A DNA stretch of 64,000 nucleotides, from the NCBI GenBank assembly GCA_946965045.2, contig OX337233.1, positions 3,782,001-3,846,000 of the forward strand, written 5' to 3'. Positions within the stretch are counted from its first letter, which is position 1. Every line of letters begins with the position of its first letter. Positions 1-12,125 of this stretch are shown piece by piece. The translations under genes and the position numbers were made by a program. The notes beneath the pieces were generated by a model. That model had not been told where the DNA came from. It made no database searches and saw only the letters and a list, made by a program, of their open reading frames with translations. This DNA is from Epithemia pelagica (lineage: Eukaryota; Protista; Bacillariophyta).

Positions 1-786
1 TCTGTTGAGTAGTGAGTGTGATGGATGGACTTGACTGGAGTTGTTGAATGGGCCAGCCAAGAGCTCGATTCGGTCAATTAAAGCTTTGACAGTTGCTGTT
101 GTTGTGATGGTGAACCAAATCACTGTTGATTGATTCCGCCAACTTGTCTAGCGACACCTGAACGCAGCAGTGAAAAGAGAGAGAGAGAGAACGAGCGAGA
201 GACAATCGAGATGGGTTCTTCTCTTTGTTATCGCTCTTGACTATACTCTCTAGTACGAGTGGAACGATTGGTCTCGAGAGACGATCGTTCCGCTGTCTCG
301 TGTGATCTTCTCCCACCGAGTCTCGGATGTGGTGTCTGTTCTGGTTCGAGAACCCACACACAAACGAGGTGCAACAAGCAATCTCTATTATGAGAGACAC
401 TATCGTTTGTTTGCTTTTTCAGAAAAGGTTGGAGCAACTTTTCCTTTTTCGCAAATCACCGTTCCTAACTGGAGCGAGCCGACCTTCCCGATCCAAGATT
501 GGGGCCTCGTGCCTGTCACCGCACCTCGGACAACGGACAACGACATACGAGTACTACAAAGGGTTAAGTGACTCTCTCGGATGCCTTTGCCATAAGTATT
601 CTATTTAGGGATGCGCCCAACGGAATGTGCACCGATAAGTACCAGTTTCCCTAATTTGGCGCGTGCGCACATACGTGACGACCGACCGTCGTCCGTCATG
701 GGTCATCCACGACCCGCATTATCAGGACTGGAATACTGGAAACTACTCAACTATCTACTCCTACCTACTCAGTACGATGGAGAGCG

Positions 787-946
787 AAGAAGGAATGGGT
801 GTGATTCTCCTGTTTGATTGCCATGGTGCCAAGTCTTCCAGGCTACAGGAAAAGGGCCCAAGACGACGACACCCACAAAACTAGATTTCCAATTAAAAGG
901 TCAGATTAATAGTATCCTATATAATATACGAATGGCAGTAGATGCG
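787..946. repeat. Dispersed ~160-bp repeat, copy 1 (copy 2 at 17046-17202)
   Basis: Shares colinear blocks aagaaggaatg..gtgattct, gaaaagggcccaaga, actagatttccaat, tagtatcctat, gcagtagatgcg with 17046-17202; diverged, roughly three quarters identical by eye; non-coding. Confidence 0.8.
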
Positions 947-1261
947 AGAAATGGTCGCGTTTGTGAGCGAGGATTTAGCGAGACATAGACCTCTAGGCTA
1001 GAGGATCCTAATAGTCCCTCTTTATGATTACGAGTCTTTAACATGACCGATCTTTGGTTTATCAGACCCAAGACTCTGAGCCATGACGAAAGGATGAGAA
1101 AGCTAAGCTTGCACAATGGCCTGGGAAGGTAGTGAAAATATCTGGATCGGACTAAGTATGTCCCTATGATCCGCCCATATGGTCAACCTTTCGAGGATTG
1201 TTCTTCTGGTACTAATTATACTGGGGACTACGTCAGGAACATACTCCCTGAACTCAGCTTG

Positions 1262-1287
1262 TACGAAAGTTGGCGCCAACTTTCGTA
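1262..1287. repeat. Perfect 26-bp palindrome TACGAAAGTTGGCGCCAACTTTCGTA
   Basis: Direct reading; the half-site cgaaagttg/caactttcg recurs at ~1292 and ~1352. Confidence 0.9.
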
Positions 1288-2164
1288 GCCCCGAAAGTTG
1301 ATACCCGGATATAAGAGGTAATTTTGATGATTATGATGACGTGTCACCTTTCAACTTTCGTTTCGTAGAGGCTTAAGGGTCAGCCTAAGGTTGAAGTCAA
1401 AGATGTAGTTGTTTTGTTCTTGGTTGGTAGCTGGTCGATCGTATTTTTCGACGTGCCCCTTGCCCATTTGTTTTTTGTTGTTGGTTGGTTGGTTCCTCTG
1501 GTCACTCTACAAAAATGCCTACGAAACGAAGCCATAAAGAGGAGCACCACTTATTGCAGGAGGTGCACATTATTGAAGCAACGGCCAAAGAGGTGGCTCA
1601 TGGTATTGTGGTGGTGACTGACAGTTCGACTCGATGATTTTGTGGATCTCGGATCGAGCTCCCAAAAGAGTTGCAGGCTGACCACACCCTCCAGTCGTCA
1701 TCTTTTTGTTGTGGATGTTGGTAGGACAATGAAAAAGAAAAGCATCTTGTGACGACGACAACACTGTGTCGTCGAGAGGCATTCAAATCAGAGTATCTGG
1801 TGGGTCGTTGCCATGGAATCGTCTTGCCTCAATGTCGTTGTTCTCGTCGTTGGAATCGAGATCGTGTACAGCAGCGGTCCGACTCGATGACGAAAGGGAC
1901 TGCCAGAATAATCAAGGTAGATGTTGTTTCGGAGTAGTTGTTGTTGTCGTCCACCAAATGGTGGTCGAGGGGTCAAAAGGCAAAAGGCATCTTGCTCGTC
2001 TTGCTACCCCTGCAGCGCAATCAATGGGTGTAGTGTTTCAAGAGACAGAAAAGTTTGACTTTTTCCTGCCAATCAAGCTTGCTAGCATCAAACACGACCG
2101 CCGTATCAACGAGCCTCCATCACGTTTCGTTCACCAAGATAGAATATGTGAAACGCACTATGAT

Positions 2165-3275
2165 CTACCTGCAGAGTTTTCGAAGAATTGACTTCTTCGT
2201 TGCATCCAAATGCCCGGTCAAAGCGTTACCTTGAGGTATTTTCGCCTTCAAGTCGTTAACCAAGGTTTCAAGAAACGGCTCGACGACTTGTCTTCGCGTT
2301 TGCTCCTCTTCAAATGTACCTCCTTTTGGCACCGGAAGGGCCAGGATTTGTGCCGGAGCCCATGATTGAATTTGACCGGAGAGTTTTTGCTTCTCGGCGA
2401 GTTTTTGCTGCTCGCCAATCTCATTTTCGCTATCAAATGGACCATGAGCAGCATGAAGGAAGGCGCCATCATGGACTACTGTGTTTTGGTCTGGTGGCCA
2501 ACTCAGCAGCGTGCTCGATGGGACTGTTTGGACAAAAAAGCTCAGTCCCGATAATATTCTGCAAATGGCTGCAGTTCGAAGCTCTTGCGAGTAATGATTC
2601 CTGTTGTTCTTTCCACCAAAAAGATCCCGTTCCCAATGTACATTCAATTTTGGGCTATCGACGACGAGCAATTCATTAAGCACCTTCATCCCAACTTGGG
2701 ACCAGCGATACTGAAGCCCCTCTTGGCCATTACTGACGTTGATGCCTTTTGAGATCAAAAGGGCAGTGAGTCCCTCCGCTTGCTTATAAATGCAAGGTTC
2801 GGCCATTGACTGGAAAGTTGCAGGTGTCAAAGCAACACGTATGCCGTTGACGTTATTGGTGAGAACCGCAATAGATTTGTTCTGGGCTTCCAGTCCCGAA
2901 CAAATCTATTGCGGTTCTCACCAATATCTTCAGAGCTTCGTATTCTGTCTTCCGCGCTTTTTCGTTCTCCGTTAGCTGGGAGCGCAGAGCTTCGTTGTCC
3001 GTCCGGAGCTCATGGAGCACACGGTCCAGTTTCATGGAAAGGTTGGAACGCTCACACATGAGCAGTGATTCGCAAGGCTCCATGTCGTCGCTCGCATTCT
3101 TGTACATCAGTGCGCTGCTTGACATGGCAAAAAGTGGTCGTGGTGAGTGGAAGAACCTTGGCGATGTGAACGGTACGTTATTTGAAGCCCATGGAGAATG
3201 TAGAGCATAATAGGATGAAGCCAGAAGAGCAACCAAGGAAAGAAGAAAAGGCACAAGAAATGATGGAAGCTTCAT
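2165..3275 (-). pseudogene. Unknown coiled-coil protein with hydrophobic N-terminus, copy 1; frameshifted by a fold-back insertion
   Basis: ATG 3275 (MKLPSFLVPFLLSLVALLASS...) runs into ORF 2165-2830 once the 31-nt inverted insertion near 2895-2925 is replaced by the 15-nt sequence seen in the paralogous segment at ~6980-6995; paralogous to 6350-7900. Confidence 0.7.
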
Positions 3276-3692
3276 GGCTTTGCTTTCGAACGGTGACAAT
3301 TTGCGTATATCTCGCCAGAACAATTGTATAGAGCAGAACCCAGAGGGTTTTTTGTGTTCCAAAGGATGAAAAGTTGTTGTCGGGCATTGTCGAAATTCGA
3401 GATGAATTTTCAGTGCGGAGCCAAGTCACGAAAAACCAGGACTCACTGCACCTTCCGCACCGATGAAAAGCATTCTCTCTCAACAACGAGGAGAAGTGAG
3501 AAGAAGGGAAATGGTACAGGAAGTGTTTACAACAAGTAATGAATGAAACGGGGGTTCAGTATTCAGTACCCCACTGGAGCACTTCAACACACAGTTTTGC
3601 TAATTTAGGAGAGTAACGAGGAGAGGAAAAGGTACTATAAACAATCCTACCGTTGACAAACGTGGCCACGGCCGAACAAGAGTCGTTGTACC

Positions 3693-3894
3693 ATGCCGCA
3701 CATGTTTGTGAACCGTACCCGGTATCACACGGGCGTCGTGATGCCCTACTCTTCTGCGTACGAGGACTACAGGCAACACCGTCGTCAACGACGACGACAA
3801 GAACGTCCTCGGCCTTTATTGCTCGACTTGCGACGGTTTCCATCGTGGCCTCCTCCTGGAAAATGGAAAAGTCGACGGAAACTGCATCATCATC

Positions 3895-3929
<35 letters not shown>

Positions 3930-5345
3930 GGTTGGCTGTCCACGGAAGAACAAGAGTCGCAAGCAGAACCGCAACCAGACGAGGCGCTACTGGCGCTCCT
4001 CCCACTCGGCTCACCTTCACCAGTCGATGAAGAATGGTCGTTGTCGTTGTTGCACCCTCTTCTCTTGACGGAGCACTTCTTTTGGGAAACCTTCAATACG
4101 GCGGCCTACGAGCTGGGAGGCATCATCTGTATTCTCTCTCGGCTCGGTGGCTTTTTTACCGGCCTTTCACGCCTATCTACCAGTCGGCGTCTATCTCTTT
4201 ATCATTGGGAGCCTCCTCTATTTGATTGTTGCAGCACATGATACCTTTGAAGTCCTACAAGCGGCCGAAGAAGCCGGGGATGACGACGACGACGATGATG
4301 AGGACGACAAGAGTGACGACGAAGATTCATCGGCACAAGACGACGACAACGACGACGATGTGGCATCAGCAGGCACGAGCAAACGTACCGGTGGCCACAA
4401 CGATGGCAAGCACTTTAGTCGCCGGACGCGATATCGATTGGATCTTGCAGCCGCTTTGATCTACGCTGGCTCGATTCTCTTTATACTAGGAAGTCTGGTC
4501 TTTTTACCATCGATCGAACAGGCCAAGCTCGGGGCCGTATTGTTCATTGTTGGAAGCCTTTTGTTTGCCGTCGGGGCGCTCATCAATATGGTGCAAATCT
4601 TTGAATCGCACGACCGTGCGGCTGCCTCATTACTGACGGCGCTCTTGGCCAATTTGACGGCCGCCTTTTATTTGATTGGATCGACCATGTTTGGGGTCGC
4701 CTCGGTCCCCTACCTGTTTGACTTTGAAGCGACCGCAGACGCCAATCTGATTTTTACCTTTTTGGGATGGAATTACATTGTGGGAAGTATCGCCTTTCTG
4801 TGGGAGGGACCATGAATTATATGCGGGCACGCATTGTCTTGCGCGAGCAACTGGCCCTCTATGAGGCACGGGCCAAGGCCCAAGAAGAGAAGCATCTCCG
4901 TCATGTCCACAAACAGCAACAGCAACAACAATATGCCTACAACAATACCTGGTCGGCGGAAACGTCGTCCACTCTCTTTTATCACCGACCCGAGTCACAG
5001 GCCCCTAGTACAAAGATCGAATCGACCCCCAACAATAACACGGCAGGGTCGGACGACGCTCATCACGCGACATGCACTCGTGTCCTGTGGAAGGACGACT
5101 TGGTGCCAGCGCAGGCGTCCGAGCTCGGGGTGGCAGCAAGTGGGAGGCAGCAACCGAGTCTTTTGCAAACAAGCGCAACGACTGCACCATTGATGGAGAT
5201 TTTTCAGGTGGATCCAACAGTGCGGACGACGACGACAACAACAACAACGACGGATGCTTCCAGTCCCGATGAAACAACGAGTTTGTTGTCCAATCCAACA
5301 AGTAGGCAATCGAGCAAACACTGGGCTCAATTACAGTTGGGATGA
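3693..5345 (+). pseudogene. YrhK-like multi-pass membrane protein with two frameshifts
   Basis: Three overlapping ORFs join into one protein with repeated Y/F-x-x-G-S-x-x-F helices (MPHMFVNR...WETFN..Y.LGG; IGSLLY; AGSILF; VGSLLF; IGSTMF; VGSIAF). Apparent +4 (CT)n slip at ~4133-4140 and -1 at ~4800. Family call is from remembered motifs. Confidence 0.6.
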
Positions 5346-5918
5346 CAAGCCTTCGAGCAACCTGACAAGCGCCACCTCAAGCAAAGACAAAAGATAGTGG
5401 ACGCACGCGTGGTTGATGTGTAAGGCAACGGAGTGACGCTCACAAGACCTTGTAGCCATCCAATGACGTTGATTGTGCCAACAGTATGAGTCAGCTTGTG
5501 GTTACTTACGCTTGTAGCTGGCTATAGCTGGGGATCATAGGTTGTAGAGATCCCAAACAGCAACGCCTGTAATAGAGTAGATCTCTCATCAGTCTACAAA
5601 TCTTGCACACTCCTGCTGTCGTTTGGGTGAGAGTACTTCCGACTAAGCTGTGTTCGAAATTCAGCTCAAATATGACGTCTGCTATATATATATAACCAAA
5701 AGAGAACTCATTTTACATCGAACAAAACGCGTCAAAGGTAAAGTGTTTTCTACATAGGGACAAATGCATGAGCACTGTACGATTTGATCTGAATACATCC
5801 GCCCCAGCGTGAGCTCCCAAAGACTATGCCACAAGTTGTGGATACTATTAGTCTATAAAGCCATCCGTTAAGACTAAATCTTTGCCATCCTGGGACGGGA
5901 ACGTGGAAGCAAATTCCT

Positions 5919-6170
5919 CCCATTGATCAGAGTTTCGTAGACCGTGGCTGGACAGGTCGTCTTTTACTTGGCAAGTGCTGTCAAGGAATTGGTCGATAAT
6001 ACGTTGCATGCCAACCGTCAATCTATCAACAGTACGTACCGGAGAGAGAGCACGTGTGCCTGTGTTTTGGTGAACCTCCGGTGCCGCTGGCACTTATCAG
6101 TGGCAGCTTCGTGGGGAAGTAGAATGGGACTTGGGTCGATTTCCTCTCTCTCTGACGGAAGAGAATCGGT
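5919..6170 (+). pseudogene. Degenerate N-terminal fragment of a MutL/PMS-type mismatch repair ATPase
   Basis: IDQSFVDR / VAGQVVFYLASAVKELVDNTLHANRQSIN matches the MutL N-terminal I-D-x-S-V..R-I..GQV..L..AVKELVENSLDAG motif; frameshift at ~5945, then a gtacgt donor-like site; no continuation of the gene. Confidence 0.6.
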
Positions 6171-6349
6171 ATGAATTAAGAGAAAGAATTGACAAAAGGC
6201 GCAATGCAGCCGTTCGAATCATCCGTGATTTTGCTAGTCAGGAAACTGATTGGCTGTCCTGGGCCAAGCTTGATGAATTGAAGAACGATAATGATGAACC
6301 GAAGAAAAGAAAGGAAGAGAAATCAAGACCGACGAATTTAACTGCTTAC

Positions 6350-7900
6350 CTTGAGGTATTTTCGCCTTCAGGTCGTCAACCAAGGATTCAAGACACAGCT
6401 GAACGATTTGTCTTCGCGTTTGCTCATCATCAAATTTACCTCCTTTAGGCACCTGAAGGGCAGGGATTTCTGCCGGAGCCCATGATTGGATCTGGCCGGC
6501 GAGTTTCTGCTGCTCGCCAATCTCATTTTCGCTCGCAAATAGACCAAGAAGAGCATCAAGGAAGGCGTCATCATGAACTGAAGCCATCTGCAGAATTTAA
6601 TCAGGACTGAACAACAGTAATCACTATTCACAAGAGCTTCGATCTGATTCGAAGCTCTTGTGAATAGTGATTACTGTTGATCTTTCCACCAAAAAGATCC
6701 CGTTCCCAATGTACATTCAATTTTCGGCTATCGCCAACGAGCAATTTATTAAGCACCTTCATCCAAACTTGGGACCCGCGACACTGAAGCCCCTCTTGGT
6801 CATTGCTGATGTTCATAGCCTTGCGAATCACTGCTCATGTGTGAGCGTTCCAACCTTTCCATGAAACTGGACCGTGTGCTCCATGAGCTCCATGAGCTCC
6901 GGACGGACAACGAAGCTCTGCGCTCCCAGCTAACGGAGAACGAAAAAGCGCGGAAGACAGAATACGAAGCTCTGAAGATGTCGTTCGAAGCTAAACTGGA
7001 AGCCCAGAACAAATCTATTGCGGTTCTCACCAATAACGTCAACGGCATACGTGTTGCTTTGACACCTGCAACTTTCCAGTCAATGGCCGAAACTTGCATT
7101 TATAAGCAAGCGGAGGGACTCACTGCCCTTTTGATCTCAAAAGGCATCAGCTTGAGATCAAAAGGGTAGTGAGTCCCTCCGCTTGCTTGTAAATGCAAGT
7201 TTCGGCCATTGCCTGGGCAGTTGCAGGCGTAAAAGCAACACGAATGCCATTGATCTCTTTCCCGAGCCTCGTTACGTTTTGCTGGAGAACCGCAATAGAT
7301 TTGTTAGCTGGAAGCGCAGAAGACGGAGAACGAAGCTAAGCTGAGAAGCGCAGAAGACGTCGTTCGAAGCTAAACTAGAAGCGCAGAAGACAGAAACGAA
7401 GCTAAGCTGGGTTCTGCGCTTCCAGCTTAGCTTTGTTCTCCGTCTTCTGCGCTTCAAGCTTAGCCTCGAACGACGTCTTCGCAACTGTGAGCGGTCCATA
7501 CTACCAAAGCCATTGAGCCCTTTTTCTTGAGCTTCGTAATGTTTTTCTTGAACACCTGATGATTTTGCTTGAGAAAGTGGTGGTCTTGCTTGAGAATTGG
7601 CAATCTTAGCTTTGAAAGTTCATTCAATTTCTCCTTTCTTAGCTCGACATCTCATCGAGCACTTAAATTTTCTTGGAAAGCACGGAGCGCTCACAGTTGA
7701 GAAGGGGCAAATCACTCCTCCCGCAAATCACTTCGCAATTGTGAACGGTCCATACTACCAAAGCCATTGAGCCCTTCTTCTTGAGCTTCGTAATGTTTTG
7801 CTTGAACACCTGATGACTTGGCTTGAGAACGTGGTGGTCTTGCTTGAGCTTGGCAATCTCAGAAAGGAAAGAAAATGGACAAGGTACGATTGAGGCTTCA
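6350..7900 (-). pseudogene. Unknown coiled-coil protein, copy 2; heavily rearranged
   Basis: ORF fragments 6234-6587 and 6628-6831 align with 2165-2830 (ENEIGEQQKL, QIQSWAPA, KLNVHWERDLFGGK). Contains an inverted insert (6830-7150), hairpins and a ~128-bp direct repeat (7481-7608 / 7736-7861). Confidence 0.75.
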
Positions 7901-8804
7901 TTCTGCGAGATACCTGACAACAGGACGTGGAAGACTAAAGGTACTTGATCCTCACTTTTGAGTCGACCGCTTCTATATCTCACGTCCAATGCACCTTTAC
8001 CCTTTACGCATACCATACAATGATTACTGGGTGTGATCAACTCCATAAAACACGATATAGAGTTTTCTTCATAAAAAACTTGTAATCGTACGAGTAAGGT
8101 GTTTCTTTCTGGTTGGGAGAATGACTCAACAGAGTCATCAATGACTCCATCCAAACGTGACGTGTTGTTGTAATCTTGTTGGGCGCGACGTCATCATGAC
8201 TTCATCGCTCGTCCGTCGGTTGTCGGTTTGACGACTTCACCACGATTGACGTAAATATGACGACAGACCATGACGAGAATGACGGGAGTGACGGGAATCT
8301 TTGGGTTGGATCTTTCGTCGAACTGGCGAGAACCGGCATCCCACAAAGTGATACAAGGAGTGACAAGACACTAAGCCATGAATGATCATGCATAATCATA
8401 ACCAACACAAGTTCCCTCAAGGAGCCCAAGCCGCTCCCATGGAAGGGCCACGACAGACCGAAATGACGTGAGCCCGCAAAAGCCGAACAAGAGGATGGAG
8501 AAGATGACGACGAAGGACAACACCAAAACCAACAAGAAGAGACGACTGGTACATTGGCAGGTGTTGACGGTAATTGGACGAGGAACAAGGTCGATAGCGA
8601 CGTGACGATCCATCATGTGTCGTAGACCAATGTCCACACGGCTTGCATCCACATGGTTGAGCAAAGTCTTCTCCCTTTGCTCGGGAGTGTATATAGTGTT
8701 CACCAAACCCAGAAATCATAAATGTCTCGCACAGATGGAGTTGTTCCCCAACATTGGGATCCAGCAGCGACCAACCTTGATGAAAGGGATTCCGGTGCTG
8801 ATGG

Positions 8805-8930
8805 TTGGGACGGTTGGCACTCTTAACTTTCCAAAGAAAATTCCTCCTTTGTTAGCACACATGTGAGATTGGGACGGTTGGCATTCTTCACATTCCAAAG
8901 TATTCCTCCTTTGGTAGCACACAAGTGAGA
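8805..8930. repeat. Diverged ~63-bp tandem duplication
   Basis: ttgggacggttggca...ttcctcctttg.tagcacac.tgtgaga occurs at 8805-8868 and 8869-8930. Confidence 0.8.
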
Positions 8931-10769
8931 AGAATGACCCAGGTCTTGTGCGTTTTACCGTGCATCGACTCACGAAGTTTGACCGCGGATACTCAAATTC
9001 CCATTTCAACTCGTCCAGCATGTACTCGAACATGCGTGAAGATGACTGCTCAACCATGCCGCTGACAGTGGCGTATCTCAATTGCGAGAGAAAGATTGGA
9101 TTGGGAAAGCTGGGCCTCCCATGCAGCTAAATTATGGTTCCCATGACTAATGTCGAAGCGCCATTGAAACTCTCCGGGTAGATCACCCGGTTTTCACTTT
9201 TTAGCTAGAGCTCCTCCACTGTAGCTTGGGTCCTTCAACCACGAACTGAAACCAGACCCTTTCCTTCGGCACCACAGACACACACAACAGTATAGTTTCG
9301 TACCGTTCTCGACCTTGTACTCATCCTTGCTCACGGTCTCCATCTAGAGAATGTTGATGATTCTTTCATGCGTCCCTTTTTCCAATGAGGATATCTCGGT
9401 GCTGTGGCTTCGACCACGTATGTATGTTTATTGCTATTTTTGTCGCGTTTTCTTTATTGCTCGTTTTGTCCCGTTTTCAGAAAAGGTCCGTGTTGCTTGT
9501 CTGACTCGACGGAAATGGCGCCATTTCACACGTGTGTTCAAAAAAGGAGGATGAGAGGAGTCCCTTACTCTTTACGGTACTAGAAACTCACAGAATCACC
9601 CCGCTAGGGCGTGTCACAAGCCAGATCCTTCGCAAAGACAACAACCCCTTGTCACAAAAATCGGGAACTGTTGCCAATGCCATGAGGTCCTCCCACGAAG
9701 CCACCACCACTCCGACCGCGTCGTTATCGGACGTGCAAAAACTACAGGTATGTCATTCATGAAAAGGAGACTGACAAATGGTTCAATCGTGCGTCGGTGG
9801 AAGGTGAAAGCGGATTCAGTCCCTTCTTCCTGCAGAACCTGGCGGGAATTGGAAAAAGGAAGCCACAGCTGCGAGCACTTGACAAATCATAGGGAATGGA
9901 TCTTCACCTTGCTGTCCAACACCTTTCCCAAGCTTTCTCTCTGACCAGACCTTTCTCTTGGTGTATTTGATACAGAACGAAATGTTCAAATGCATGAACA
10001 AATCAAAACAGTCCACGAAGGCCGGCAAAGAGGCTCACCATTCCATCGACAAGTCCATGAAAGCGGGTGCAGACGCTCACCAATCGGTCGCAACGGCGTT
10101 CGTGCTGTCATCAGCATTTTTCGGGGCCTCCATTGTCTTAGGTCGCCGCTAAGTATCTACAAGTGAGAGACGGGACTGGAGATTCCACATGGATTCGGGA
10201 ATGTCGTCGGCTTGATTGGAAACAGTCGACGTTCACAAACCCATGTACAACATGATTGGTCACACCGGCAACTACTCTATCGGCATTGGACATCAGAGGA
10301 AACTCTGATCCCTTTGATGATAGTGGGAATGTTTGTATTCGACTGAGTTGGACTCCGTCGACGTACACACAGTTTGCTTCAAGAAGATGTGATTTGCAAT
10401 ACTTCTCCAGCTGGTTGGAACCTTGTAGAATATAAGCCCTCCAGTGTAGGATATCTTCTATCATGTGTCTGTAGGAGTGATCAAAATGGATGACAGATTG
10501 TTGGTAAACAAGTTCTATCGATGCCATTACCCTCGTCGCGTCGTCCTCTAGGAACAACTCTTAACCATTGTGGACTACATGCTGAGATGGGCCACATGAT
10601 GAATTGCTTCCGGTCAATCGTTTTATTGTGCTCGTCGATGACAGGAGGCCACCATGGTGCGCAAGGAATCCACTCGAACGGGTTCCATCTTTCGACGCTT
10701 GCTGTGATTGAATTGTGGAATAGCGTTGATGGGCTGTTCACGGGGTGTCGACAACGACATGGAACGTGA

Positions 10770-12125
10770 CTATCGGACAGATTTCGGTGACTCTTTTCCA
10801 TGATGGGGCCTCTTTCGAACTCGACCTGTGGTAGAATTGTTGGTTGTGCGTTTCGCACCATGTGTTTGATGAAACAATGAATATGACCATTCTAGCACTT
10901 CAATAGAATCTTGTCCGTCTCCTCCCACCACCATAGCAAGCTCCTTGTTGCTGTTGTTGTTGTTGCTGTTGGCCGAGTCGTCCTTATTTGCTCCTTTCCC
11001 AGTTCTTGTTACAACCGACAGAGTGGGACGCCATCGGGCCATGTTTAGACCAGCCACACGAACCACACCCTTTCCCATTCCACGGGTTTGGATTAGTTCG
11101 ACGGATGGCAAATCGTTGTAATATGCATCCCATCCACCCACCACAAGAATACATCCATCTCCCACAGCTGCGACAGCATGTCCCTCTCGTCCCACACGGA
11201 GCGATAGATTGGGGTGAAGCGTCCATACGGAGTTGGGGGCAAAGAAGGACAATGTGGCGGCCATGTTGGTGATGGTGTCGTCTCGTCAAAGGCGGGGACG
11301 AGGAGGAGACTGTTTGTTTGGCACAACCATAAGTCTAGGATTTTTGTGCAAGTCAATGGATTCCACCGAATTAAGTGTAATGTCTGTTCCATGGTAACAA
11401 TCCGTTCCACCCACCACCCAGAGGGTTGTCTCATTGACCAGACAGGCTCCACAAATTCGTCGTGCGACCTTCATGGAGGGTCCGGCATTCGTGACCACGA
11501 CCGAGTGCACAGTGTCGATAATATCCAGAGTGGCCAGCGCCTTGACAGCTGGTGTTTCATAAACCGTATCGTCACGACCTCCCAAAAGAACCAACCGATT
11601 GCGTACCATCACTGAGGCCGATCCACTGCGTCCATGTGACAATTGATAAGGCATGGTTTGCCATGTTGCCCTTGTTGATGCTTTTGTTCTTGTTCTTGTT
11701 CTTGTTGTTGTTCTTGTTGTTGATGATGCTGCTGATAGCGCACGAGGATTGGTCTGCTGAGCCGAAAAGGCGGAAATGGGAATCCGTTCCACGGATCGAG
11801 TGTCTTCCCCTCCCATGGCATAGACAAAGCCATTACAAACTTGCGCACAATGATCGGCTCGTGCCATGGTCATGATGGGTCCTTCCCACCATTCTCCAGA
11901 ATGATTCTTGGAATGGGATGAATGATAAACGAGAACAGATGCTTGACGAGCGCTGTTCGCGTCGTACCCTCCCAACACCACCAGAGTGCCATCAAACAAG
12001 GAGACAGTCGCATGCGAGTGTCGTGGTCCCTGAGGCAACTTGCGGGGATGGCTGTCCAGCAGTTGCCAGGTGGCAGACGCCAAGGATGATGCTGGTAGGC
12101 CATTGTTCTTGGTGTTCTTGTTCAT
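10770..12125 (-). CDS. Kelch-repeat beta-propeller protein interrupted by one in-frame TGA (11286-11288)
   Basis: Six kelch-like GG motifs (VVLGGY, YAMGGE, VLLGGR, WVVGGT, LVVGGW, MVVGGD) with R-x-x-H/W spacing. ORFs 11286-12125 and 10770-11264 are in the same frame. Confidence 0.8.

Noticed and set aside
302-608. Short ORFs at 302-608, 7663-8154, 8386-9081, 10138-10557 and 29225-29599
   Set aside because: Protein-like in places but with no recognisable motif or consistent gene structure; they may be decayed fragments.
11286-11288. Selenocysteine recoding of the kelch TGA
   Set aside because: The codon is in a variable linker, not at a Cys-equivalent or redox position, and no SECIS was recognised.
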